Shown: positions 10,206 to 18,090 of the stretch, one piece after another
Layout of the letters: the number at the start of each line of letters is the position of its first letter
Position numbering within the stretch: the first letter of the stretch is position 1
Virus record (IMG/VR): IMGVR_UViG_3300048930_000296
Coordinates: 1 to 60,621 of that record
DNA: 60,621 bases
Source: a virus
Lineage: Duplodnaviria > Caudoviricetes
Reading direction: 5' to 3' (one strand)
The notes under the pieces: model-generated
Told to the model about the DNA's origin: nothing
Databases searched by the model: none
What the model saw: only the letters and a program-made list of their open reading frames with translations
Made by a program: the position numbers and the translations under genes

Positions 10206-11164
10206 CAGAACAGCTCCCTCACTTGCGCCTTGAAACGTTCATTTCCGGAAGCATTGATCATTGCGTTAACGACGCCGAACGCCCACAGGTTGTAAGCTGC
10301 TCGCGATTCATAGACAGAAGACAAGCGCTCGTAGGTGAACCCGTTCTCTTCCAACGTTCTGAACAGGTAATCTACTTCAACAGGCGACAGCGTTGTCATA
10401 TGCTGGTTTGCATCGTGCCTGCTTGGTGACTTCTCTGACACGTTGATTGGCCAGGCTGGTGCGTTTGCACTGACACCTGGCATAATAACCGAACCAAACG
10501 CCGCTGACTGGATCCAGGAAGATGAGTCGCAGCTATACCACGGATATTCATTCATAATGGGAACCGAGGTAATGCCGAACCCGTGAACCTTGAGTCTAGG
10601 GTTGCCCGAACCGTCAGTCAAGAACTTGTCCCAAATGCGGTCAAGCCAGACCATAAGTTGCTTCGTTGAGCTGCCAACCATACCGCCCAACGTGATGTAT
10701 TCGTAATTTCGAACGTAGTGTTCGAGGTAGCGTTCATCCTCACCAGCGTGGAAGCACGGAAGCGGACGCAGGTCCATTCCGTAATCCTCCTTGAAGCGCA
10801 TTTCCATTTCGTTCTGATTGCGCCAGGTCTGCAATGGGTCGCCAATACCGTCAAGGACAGACGCCATTATGTCATTGCCTTCAACGCGGATGATGTCAAG
10901 ATTGCGAACGATATAATCGCAATACTCCTTGACTGAAAGCTCAACCCCAAGCGAGTAGGCTGAGAACGCTCCGCTGTCCAGAAAGATGCGAGCTTTGTTG
11001 TTGCGCATATGATCGACGAAGCTCTGCTTGCCAACGTAATGCCAGGACTCAAGGATGTTGGGCAGTGTGGTCACAACATCCCTTTCACGTTCAGTCAGCT
11101 TGACATAACGGTTCATTCCCGGCATGTAACTGTTGGAATAGACCGCAGCCATGTAGATGTGCAA
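10205..11164 (-). CDS. dpdA: DpdA, 7-deazaguanine DNA transglycosylase (TGT fold)
   Basis: FLDSGAFSA, PCFH, LGGMVG, VHGFG, SCDSSSW motifs; located with folE/queCDE. Confidence 0.85.
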   Translation of the reverse strand: MHIYMAAVYSNSYMPGMNRYVKLTERERDVVTTLPNILESWHYVGKQSFVDHMRNNKARIFLDSGAFSAYSLGVELSVKEYCDYIVRNLDIIRVEGNDIMASVLDGIGDPLQTWRNQNEMEMRFKEDYGMDLRPLPCFHAGEDERYLEHYVRNYEYITLGGMVGSSTKQLMVWLDRIWDKFLTDGSGNPRLKVHGFGITSVPIMNEYPWYSCDSSSWIQSAAFGSVIMPGVSANAPAWPINVSEKSPSRHDANQHMTTLSPVEVDYLFRTLEENGFTYERLSSVYESRAAYNLWAFGVVNAMINASGNERFKAQVRELF

Positions 11165-11312
11165 TTTTGGCTCCTAACCATGCGGCTGTTATCGATGCCG
11201 ACCGCCGACCACCCTCGCCCCTCGCTCACGGTTGTGGGGACCGACCGCCGGTTGCTATCCGGAGTTCCAGAAGTGCTACCGCTGGAACCCCTGCACTTTA
11301 ACAGCCCCTGGC

Positions 11313-11942
11313 TCAGCGTGCAAGCTGCAAAAATTCGGCACGCACGATAGGGTCATCGCGGAAGATTCCGCGCGTGGCTGACGTCACCGTGTGGTGCCCT
11401 TGCTGGCAGACCCCGCGCGATTCCATGCACAGATGCCGCGCTTTGATAACCACAGCGGCGCCGAGCGGTTCCAGGTGCGTCATCAGTGCATCAACAACCT
11501 GACACGTCAGACGCTCTTGCACTTGGAGCCTGCGGGCATACACTTCAAGCAGCCTGGACAGCTTGCTCAAACCCACAATCTTTCCCTTCGGCAGATACGC
11601 GATGGTTGCGGTGCCGAAGATTGGCGCCATGTGGTGTTCACAGTGGGAGTAAAATGGGATGTCTTTCACCATCACCATCTCGTCAACACCCTCAGCACCA
11701 TCTTCGAAGGTCTTCAGAATGTCTGCCGGGTCAACACCGTAGCCAGAAGTCCAGAACTCCCAAGCTTTGGCAACGCGGTCGGGTGTCTCTTCAAGACCCT
11801 GCCTGACGTCTTCACTGTCAGGCACCTGTTCAATTGCACGAATTAGGGCACTGGCAGCGACTGCAAGCTGCCCCCGGCGGCTCAAGGACGTGTCGAGTTT
11901 CATGTTGGCCAGTTGGTCCAGGGCTTCACGCAGCTTGCTCAT
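11313..11942 (-). CDS. folE: GTP cyclohydrolase I
   Basis: ETPDRVAK, SHCEHH, GLSKLSR, LQVQERLT, HLCMESRG. Confidence 0.96.
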   Translation of the reverse strand: MSKLREALDQLANMKLDTSLSRRGQLAVAASALIRAIEQVPDSEDVRQGLEETPDRVAKAWEFWTSGYGVDPADILKTFEDGAEGVDEMVMVKDIPFYSHCEHHMAPIFGTATIAYLPKGKIVGLSKLSRLLEVYARRLQVQERLTCQVVDALMTHLEPLGAAVVIKARHLCMESRGVCQQGHHTVTSATRGIFRDDPIVRAEFLQLAR

Positions 11943-12394
11943 TTCTTGTCTCCGGTGTAGGTTGCTGAATTCGCGCCGTGCTCACGGACGGTCACGTGGT
12001 GCATACGCACGCGGGGCGCGTATCCGTAGTCGGCAAGCCACACTTCAGCAGCTTCGTAAACTAGCTTCGCAAATGCTTCGCAACCCGTTGCTTCGACAAC
12101 GATCACATCCGCCAGTCCCATGCCAGACAAGCTGCACAGGAAGTCCTTCTGCGGATCGTCGTCGGCCACCAGAAGCTTGTGATCGAAGGTGCGCTCGAGC
12201 TGTCCCTTGAACGACTTCAGAGACCCAAAGTCGACAACCCAATTGCGTTCGTCCAGCTCGTCCGCCTCAAACTCAAGGTGAACCGAAAGGGCGTAGCCAT
12301 GCAGCAAGTGGCAGTGGCTCTGCGCCTTCCATTGGCGGAAGCACGCCGAAAGGCCAATCTCATGGCCATACGTCTTCGACGACCTGTAGGTCAT
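11939..12394 (-). CDS. queD: 6-carboxytetrahydropterin synthase
   Basis: SHCHLLHGY, WVVDFG, FDH, VREH motifs. Confidence 0.92.
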   Translation of the reverse strand: MTYRSSKTYGHEIGLSACFRQWKAQSHCHLLHGYALSVHLEFEADELDERNWVVDFGSLKSFKGQLERTFDHKLLVADDDPQKDFLCSLSGMGLADVIVVEATGCEAFAKLVYEAAEVWLADYGYAPRVRMHHVTVREHGANSATYTGDKK

Positions 12395-13374
12395 ACTTTC
12401 ATCACTCCAATCAGGAAATCAAGGTTCTTTTGGTGGGTCAGGCAGTCGTCGGGGTCCCGCGTGTGGACGAACTTCGGATAGTGGCGTTCGGTCGCAAGCG
12501 CAGGAACCAGAAATGTCCGAAGTTCAGGATGCGGGTCACGTTTCAACATGACCGAGCTCACCGCGTTGAAGGTGTTTCCGCCGTGCCGAAGATAGATGAC
12601 GATCCGCTCATAGGACGCGCCGTAGGTATCAAGCCAGTCTTTGAACCGACGCTTGATTGCCGAGATGTGGTAATCCTTGACCTCAGGGGTGCAAAGGTCC
12701 CCGTTCCAGTCGTAGGCGTTGAACGGGTATTCCATCTCAGCAGACGCCGGAATGATACCGGCGTTCGAAATATGGATGTAGTCGCAGACAGGCAACATCT
12801 TGGCTTCGTGCAGTGCCTTGCGAATAGACGTGTGGATGAACGACTTGCTGTAGGGCTTCGCGTGTGAACAGATCGTCATGAAGGCTGTAGGCTTTTCGAT
12901 TTTGCGCCGATGCCAGACACCTCTCCAGGCGTCTTCGAACATGTCCACGTAAACCTTGCCCACGCCCGCAAAATAGGGCTTCGGGTTGTGGCTGCTGAAG
13001 AACTTGTCACGTTCGAAATCCGCAGGACCTTTCTTCTGGGATTCGGTGTGTATCAACGCCAGGATACGTTGCGGATTGTCGTCCCAACGGATAGCTTCAT
13101 CTCCGATGTAAAAATCAAAGCTTGCTTTGCCGCTCTCTGTTGGGTAAGGTGACCGATTGATCCCCATAAAATAGTCAATCAAGTGGTAGCGTTTCAACCA
13201 CTGCTTGACCACATAGTCAGCTCGACAGCTCCAAGCGTAGAGCATATGCCCGCGCGTGAACAACTCAACAACCAGCGCAGCCATCTTGGTGTTCGGTTCC
13301 GGGATCACATCACCGCCAGCCCAGCTACCGCCTTTGGCAAGCGTGCCGTCGATGTCAATTCCAATGACTGCCAT
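12391..13374 (-). CDS. Fusion of HAD-family phosphatase and ArcS/DUF5591-like domain
   Basis: N-terminal DIDGTL...WSCR...K...YIGD (HAD motifs I-IV); C-terminal CSHAKPYSKSFIH matches ArcS C-x3-KPY-x2-S-x2-H, followed by GIIP...EYPFNAYDW. Confidence 0.75.
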   Translation of the reverse strand: MAVIGIDIDGTLAKGGSWAGGDVIPEPNTKMAALVVELFTRGHMLYAWSCRADYVVKQWLKRYHLIDYFMGINRSPYPTESGKASFDFYIGDEAIRWDDNPQRILALIHTESQKKGPADFERDKFFSSHNPKPYFAGVGKVYVDMFEDAWRGVWHRRKIEKPTAFMTICSHAKPYSKSFIHTSIRKALHEAKMLPVCDYIHISNAGIIPASAEMEYPFNAYDWNGDLCTPEVKDYHISAIKRRFKDWLDTYGASYERIVIYLRHGGNTFNAVSSVMLKRDPHPELRTFLVPALATERHYPKFVHTRDPDDCLTHQKNLDFLIGVMKV

Positions 13375-14396
13375 TACGCCCACTCCCCTGCTTTGATCAT
13401 TACCGTGCGAAGCGTTTCAAGCTGCTCATCGGTTGTGTAGAAGTTCGGCCCGAGCCTGAGAACATTCCCGTGCCACGATGCAACGATATTTTCGCGCTCA
13501 AAGACGCTGCGCACTGATGAGCTTGGCAGCGTCAGATCCCTGAAGGCCAGCGCACCATAGACGCGGCCGAACCTGTATTGCCTCAGAAAGTTCTCAACCC
13601 GAAGAACCCTGTTGTTGAGTTCATCCTCATGCCACATCAGGTAATCAAGAACGTTCAGCGCGATGCTTGCGCAGAGATTGTTCCCGCCCCCGGTTGTATT
13701 CCAACCGATGGAAATCTTGTCGTTGAGCTTTTCTGAGATGCCCAGGACTGCCAGCGGTGCACCTTGCGCAAGACCTTTCCCGCTGACAATCATGTCCGCA
13801 TTGCGGGAAAGGAAACGCTCACCGCAACGGCCGAAGCCGGTGATCATCTCGTCGGCAACCAGGAGCGCTCCACGCTCATCACAGAGCTTGCGCATCTTGA
13901 TTGGACTGTTCCAGGTTCCGTCCCAACCCGAGACAGGTTCGTAAATCAGAACGTCAAAATGTTGCTTCGGGGCATCGGGGTGCAAGTCAAGTTCAACAAC
14001 CCCCATCGGGTTGCCCCATTCGATGTCATAGCGAATCCCAGCCATGGACAGGGACTTCCCGTGAAAGCTTCCAGGAAGAACCGCCACGATAGGCCGGCGC
14101 CCAAGGTGCAATGCTGCAACCTGGATTGCACGTTCGATTGCCTCTGCTCCGGTGTTGAGCAGCTTCCAGGTGAAGCCCGGCTTGTATTCAGCAAGCTTGG
14201 CGCGCAACTGCTCAGCTGCCAGCGAAGGCCGGTCGTAGCTATTCAGCAGCCCATTTGCCTCCACATCGTTCAGCGCTTGCCTGACAGGAAGTGACCCGTG
14301 CCCAAGCGAGACATTCAGAATCCCGCTCAGCATGTCAAGCCATTCGTTGCCCATTTCATCGTAGAGGTAAGACCCTCTTGCACCGCAGACTTTCAT
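13374..14396 (-). CDS. Class-III PLP-dependent aminotransferase
   Basis: GSYLYD...WLD, SLGHG, NTGAEA, SFHG, EPV, ADEMITGFGRCG, D...GKGLAQG (PLP lysine). Confidence 0.92.
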   Translation of the reverse strand: MKVCGARGSYLYDEMGNEWLDMLSGILNVSLGHGSLPVRQALNDVEANGLLNSYDRPSLAAEQLRAKLAEYKPGFTWKLLNTGAEAIERAIQVAALHLGRRPIVAVLPGSFHGKSLSMAGIRYDIEWGNPMGVVELDLHPDAPKQHFDVLIYEPVSGWDGTWNSPIKMRKLCDERGALLVADEMITGFGRCGERFLSRNADMIVSGKGLAQGAPLAVLGISEKLNDKISIGWNTTGGGNNLCASIALNVLDYLMWHEDELNNRVLRVENFLRQYRFGRVYGALAFRDLTLPSSSVRSVFERENIVASWHGNVLRLGPNFYTTDEQLETLRTVMIKAGEWA

Positions 14397-15178
14397 CACA
14401 GAACGAACCCCGCTTCCTCGAGCGCGGCAGCGCTGTAGTTGTCAGTCGCAGGCAGAGGCATCAAACCTTCCCGCCATGCGCGAACCACAAGCGGGTCTGG
14501 CCTGCCAGCTTCCTCGAACCCGGCAGCGCGCAGGACGTTGGCATGGTTCATATCCGTTGGCGGATACTTCCCGTCATAGCTGGTATGGCTGTAGGCAAGC
14601 GCAGCCCAGCAAGCGGGGTTCGCAAACGCCATGTGGACCGTCTGCGCCTTGGTGGCGTTCATCAGCGGAGTGATGATGCGGATGGCGCTCTCCGGATCCC
14701 TGTGGTCATGTCCGAGTGCCTTGTTGATGTAGTCTTCGGTTGCCCGGATGAACACCTCGCGGCAGTCGTCATAGTTCGCATTGTCCATCTGACAGACACC
14801 TGTGATGATATCGGCGCCGCCAAGCGCTTCCGCACGGTTTGCCGCGATGGTCAGGAACAGCGCATTGCGCATCGGAACAAACGTCAGCTCGCGACGGTTG
14901 CCGATCACTTCTTCCATTTGCTGCGCGTCGCTGTAGCGCTCAAGTTCGTTGTTGCTGGTGAGCGGGCTGGTGCTGACAAGACAGTTGGGCACGTCAACAA
15001 TTTCATGCGTCCGCACCCCCGCCATTTCAGCGACCTTCACCGCAGCGCTGAGCTCAATGCGGTGCCGCTGACCGTAGTCAAACGTGATTGCATGAACCTC
15101 ACTGTAGAACTCGCGTGCCCAAAACAGGCACGTCGTCGAATCCTGTCCGCCCGAAAGGACAACAAGCGCTCTCTTCAT
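14396..15178 (-). CDS. queC: 7-cyano-7-deazaguanine (preQ0) synthase, variant lacking the Cys cluster
   Basis: SGGQDSTT, FDYGQRH, TFVPMRN, YDDCR motifs; ATG overlaps queE stop. Confidence 0.93.
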   Translation of the reverse strand: MKRALVVLSGGQDSTTCLFWAREFYSEVHAITFDYGQRHRIELSAAVKVAEMAGVRTHEIVDVPNCLVSTSPLTSNNELERYSDAQQMEEVIGNRRELTFVPMRNALFLTIAANRAEALGGADIITGVCQMDNANYDDCREVFIRATEDYINKALGHDHRDPESAIRIITPLMNATKAQTVHMAFANPACWAALAYSHTSYDGKYPPTDMNHANVLRAAGFEEAGRPDPLVVRAWREGLMPLPATDNYSAAALEEAGFVL

Positions 15179-15909
15179 CACTCTACTCCGATGATCTTGT
15201 GGATTTGCAGTTGCATGATGTATCCGTGCTTCATACACGAATCGCGAACAGCCATGACGTTCCTTGCGTTCTCTGCAGTGTTCTTCGCGTCCATGGGCTG
15301 AAGATAGATAGGCCTATCCCACCAGTCTGGCGGTCGAGCGACACACGGATTGGCGCTGTGCATCAGCGCAGTGGCGGGCAACCCGTCATCGAGCATGTTC
15401 TGAGCTTCCATGACATACTTGACGCAACAAGCTTGCTGCCAAATCTCGTGATGCACCTTACCCGACTTGGGACTGCATACGATGTAGACTCCGGTCCGCA
15501 TACTCGGAACGGTGTTATATCCGTATTGCAACGGTGAAGGGGGAAGTGTCCCGTTCGTTTCAACCTGGACATAATAGCCGCTGTATTCGAGCAGCTCGAG
15601 AAGCCTGGTCAAATTCTGCCTGTAGGGTTCACCCCCGGTGATGACCACAAGGCCGCGCCTCCAATAGTGAGGACGCCAAAGATCGTTGACTTCTTCCAGG
15701 ATTGCGCCTGGCCCCATCAGCTTTCGCCCGCTGGTGTATTCGGTGTCACATGCAGGGCATTGGAGGTTGCATCCAGCGAGGCGCACAAAGACGCACGGGG
15801 TCCCACAGAAAGGACCTTCACCTTGGATGGTAACAAAAATCGAATGCACATCGAGCATCCCGTCTGGACGGTCAACACGCTTTTCGATTGGCTGGTCGTT
15901 GAGCTTCAT
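15178..15909 (-). CDS. queE: 7-carboxy-7-deazaguanine synthase (radical SAM)
   Basis: IQGEG, RLAGCNLQCPACDT, ITGGEP, VETNG, SPK, QIHK. Confidence 0.95.
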   Translation of the reverse strand: MKLNDQPIEKRVDRPDGMLDVHSIFVTIQGEGPFCGTPCVFVRLAGCNLQCPACDTEYTSGRKLMGPGAILEEVNDLWRPHYWRRGLVVITGGEPYRQNLTRLLELLEYSGYYVQVETNGTLPPSPLQYGYNTVPSMRTGVYIVCSPKSGKVHHEIWQQACCVKYVMEAQNMLDDGLPATALMHSANPCVARPPDWWDRPIYLQPMDAKNTAENARNVMAVRDSCMKHGYIMQLQIHKIIGVE

Positions 15910-15960
15910 AAGCCCTCCGGAGGTTTCTAACGCATCGCGCTAGGAGGTTTCGGGGGAGGT

Positions 15961-15993
15961 TGCGTCCCCGCCCAGCAAGGTAGCGGGGACGCA
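15961..15993. other. Hairpin between the Ala/Lys-rich gene and queE
   Basis: tgcgtccccgc / gcggggacgca 11-bp stem, 11-nt loop, no U-tract. Confidence 0.5.
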
Positions 15994-16036
15994 GGCCGGT
16001 AGCGGGGTTGGCCCTTGATGAACCAACCCGTGCCAG

Positions 16037-16591
16037 TTACTCAGCAGCCGCGGGCTCGGGAGCCACCGGAGCGGCCGGCGCAGCGGGCTTCGGAGCAGCG
16101 ATGCGGCCGGTCACGCCGTAGAACTTCCGCCAGCGCGCATACTCGGCGCGAACGTTCGCTTCGTTCAGACCGCGCGCCCGCGCGATTTCCATCGACTCGC
16201 CGATCGACGCGGTGCTCTGGTTGCGCTGCGACACCTCGTCGAAGATCGCCCAGGCCTGGCCACACAGGGTTTCGGGCTTCGGCCGGCGCACCCCGTTCGC
16301 TTCAGGCATCTTGTTCGCTTCCTTGGCAGCCAGCGCAGCGGCCTTCGCATCAGCCTTGGCCTGCTCCTTGGCAGCTTTCTCCGCCGCCTTGGCAGCCTTG
16401 GCAGCTTCGGCTTCCGCAGCCTTGGCAGCTTTCTGGGCTTCCTTCTCGGCAGCCTTCTGCGCCTTGGCAGCAGCCTTCTCAGCGTCCTTCGCTGCCTTCT
16501 CGGCAGCTTTGTCGGCAGCAGCCTGCGAGGCAGCAGCAGCCCTCACAGCGGCTTCATTAACCGCCGGAGCGGCCTCGGTATTCGTGTCCAT
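16037..16591 (-). CDS. Ala/Lys-rich protein with conserved C-terminal helical domain (possibly DNA-binding)
   Basis: AAEKAAK low-complexity tract, GGAG RBS, own promoter. Confidence 0.8.
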   Translation of the reverse strand: MDTNTEAAPAVNEAAVRAAAASQAAADKAAEKAAKDAEKAAAKAQKAAEKEAQKAAKAAEAEAAKAAKAAEKAAKEQAKADAKAAALAAKEANKMPEANGVRRPKPETLCGQAWAIFDEVSQRNQSTASIGESMEIARARGLNEANVRAEYARWRKFYGVTGRIAAPKPAAPAAPVAPEPAAAE

Positions 16592-16637
16592 CGTATCTCT
16601 CCTTCAGGGTTAATGCCCACGCGGGCAGCGGTTCGTT

Positions 16638-16665
16638 ACGTTAGCACCCCTGCGGGCAATTACAA
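16638..16665 (-). promoter_or_regulatory. Sigma70-like promoter
   Basis: TTGTAA-16-TAACGT, followed by a TGCCC/GGGCA hairpin. Confidence 0.55.
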
Positions 16666-16683
16666 GGGCGAATTTTAGAAAAC

Positions 16684-17433
16684 TTACGACAATCGGGCTT
16701 TCATCCACTGGCCCAATGTGTTCGAAGCTGTCGTGCGCTTAATGTCGTGCTGAGTCTCAAGCACTTCCATCATTGTCATCCGCAGCTTCAGAACGACTTT
16801 CGTGTCCTTGGGGCTTCCAGCTTCTTTCCACATCTTGTCAGCCACCATCCAGATCTCACCTGCAACTCCCCCGGTTGGCTCAGCACCAGCGGGGCGCGGG
16901 GTGCCCGCAGGCTGCCGCGCTACGCCAGCGGGGCGGGGTGCCGGTATGGTTGCCGCGGGCAGCGGTTGCAGCGCTGTAGCGGCCCCTTTGGCTGCGCTAC
17001 GCATAGCATCAGTCATTTGAAGTGTGCGGGGCAAAATATCGTCAACAGTCTTTGGCGTTCTGCTGCCGAGCGCATAACGGTAGAAAGGAACTTTGCCAAC
17101 CGGAAGCTTCAATTGTGCTTCAACGGATGTGATCTGTTTGTCAAGCTCTTGATCGTCAACGAGTGGTGGCTTCATCGCGCCAATGACCACAGTGAGCGCC
17201 GCTCGCCGTTCGGCGTGAGTCAATGCCAGACCGGGTTCACCTGTCACACTGGTGTAGAGAAGTTGCATCTGCAAGACCTTGAGCCCCGCCAGGAAGTAGG
17301 GGCTATCGGTGTTTTCGAACTTCACATTCTTCACGTTGGCAGCTTCAAGCTGAACCAGACCGTGAAGTATGTCTTGCACGCGATGCACGTTCAGCACGCG
17401 CATCTTGTCCATGTCAATCGCGACGTGCATCAC
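16684..17433 (-). CDS. Hypothetical protein with Pro/Ala linker and C-terminal helical domain
   Basis: Long ORF, AGGAGG RBS, overlaps upstream stop. Confidence 0.8.
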   Translation of the reverse strand: MMHVAIDMDKMRVLNVHRVQDILHGLVQLEAANVKNVKFENTDSPYFLAGLKVLQMQLLYTSVTGEPGLALTHAERRAALTVVIGAMKPPLVDDQELDKQITSVEAQLKLPVGKVPFYRYALGSRTPKTVDDILPRTLQMTDAMRSAAKGAATALQPLPAATIPAPRPAGVARQPAGTPRPAGAEPTGGVAGEIWMVADKMWKEAGSPKDTKVVLKLRMTMMEVLETQHDIKRTTASNTLGQWMKARLS

Positions 17434-17624
17434 TCCCTCCTTTTCGCAATAAGCGTCACGAACCGATCCCTGGACAAATCAATTTCGTGCTTCCACTTGC
17501 TGAAGTGATACTTGCACGAGAACTCGTTACATTTTGCGACGAACAGCTCTGGGTTCTTTTCAGCCCAGTTCATGTTCATCTCAATCTCAACGCGGACGAC
17601 ACCATCCATCTGATCAGTTGTCAT
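17430..17624 (-). CDS. Hypothetical protein
   Basis: Overlaps both neighbours in the operon. Confidence 0.65.
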   Translation of the reverse strand: MTTDQMDGVVRVEIEMNMNWAEKNPELFVAKCNEFSCKYHFSKWKHEIDLSRDRFVTLIAKRRE

Positions 17625-18018
17625 TGCCCGGGCGCCCCTTCCAGCCGATCGTTTCCATCGCGCTCACCTTGCATGCGCGCTCCTGTGCGACCCGCTGAAT
17701 CGTCTTCATGAACTCCGCGCGGGTCTTCGAAGTTGCATTGGTCCGAAGACCGATGTGCATCTCAACGTCCTTCTTGCTCAGGTGGATTCCACCTTTCGGA
17801 CCGTTGAGCAAGCTGCCGTTGATCATCTGCCAGATGTTGACCCTCTCCCAGACTTCGTCCAGGTTCTTCTCGGTGATCTGGTAGAAGCCGCACGGTATGG
17901 TTGCCCACACCAGGACTTCAGTGACCGGGTGCCACTGTGCCTTCCCGAAGCGCTCATGCGGAGCTGTGGTCACATTCTGAAAGTCCTTCACCGCGCTGAC
18001 GTCAAAATCCAGGGACAT
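17614..18018 (-). CDS. Hypothetical protein
   Basis: GAGGAG RBS and upstream promoter. Confidence 0.75.
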   Translation of the reverse strand: MSLDFDVSAVKDFQNVTTAPHERFGKAQWHPVTEVLVWATIPCGFYQITEKNLDEVWERVNIWQMINGSLLNGPKGGIHLSKKDVEMHIGLRTNATSKTRAEFMKTIQRVAQERACKVSAMETIGWKGRPGNDN

Positions 18019-18052
18019 GGTTCGCTCCTCAAGCTGAATTGCCTACTTGCTT

Positions 18053-18080
18053 ACAGTAGCAGAACCAACAGCGAACGCAA
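18053..18080 (-). promoter_or_regulatory. Sigma70-like promoter
   Basis: TTGCGT-16-TACTGT in intergenic gap. Confidence 0.5.
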
Positions 18081-18090
18081 TAGCTAAAAT

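Noticed and set aside
11255-11312. preQ1-I riboswitch upstream of dpdA
   Set aside because: A GGTTC-like core is present but the A-rich 3' tail and pseudoknot pairing are missing.
10205-15909. Auxiliary genes for host tRNA queuosine synthesis
   Set aside because: No queF, queA or queG; the TGT-fold gene is DpdA-like and linked to the DNA polymerase, which points to DNA modification.
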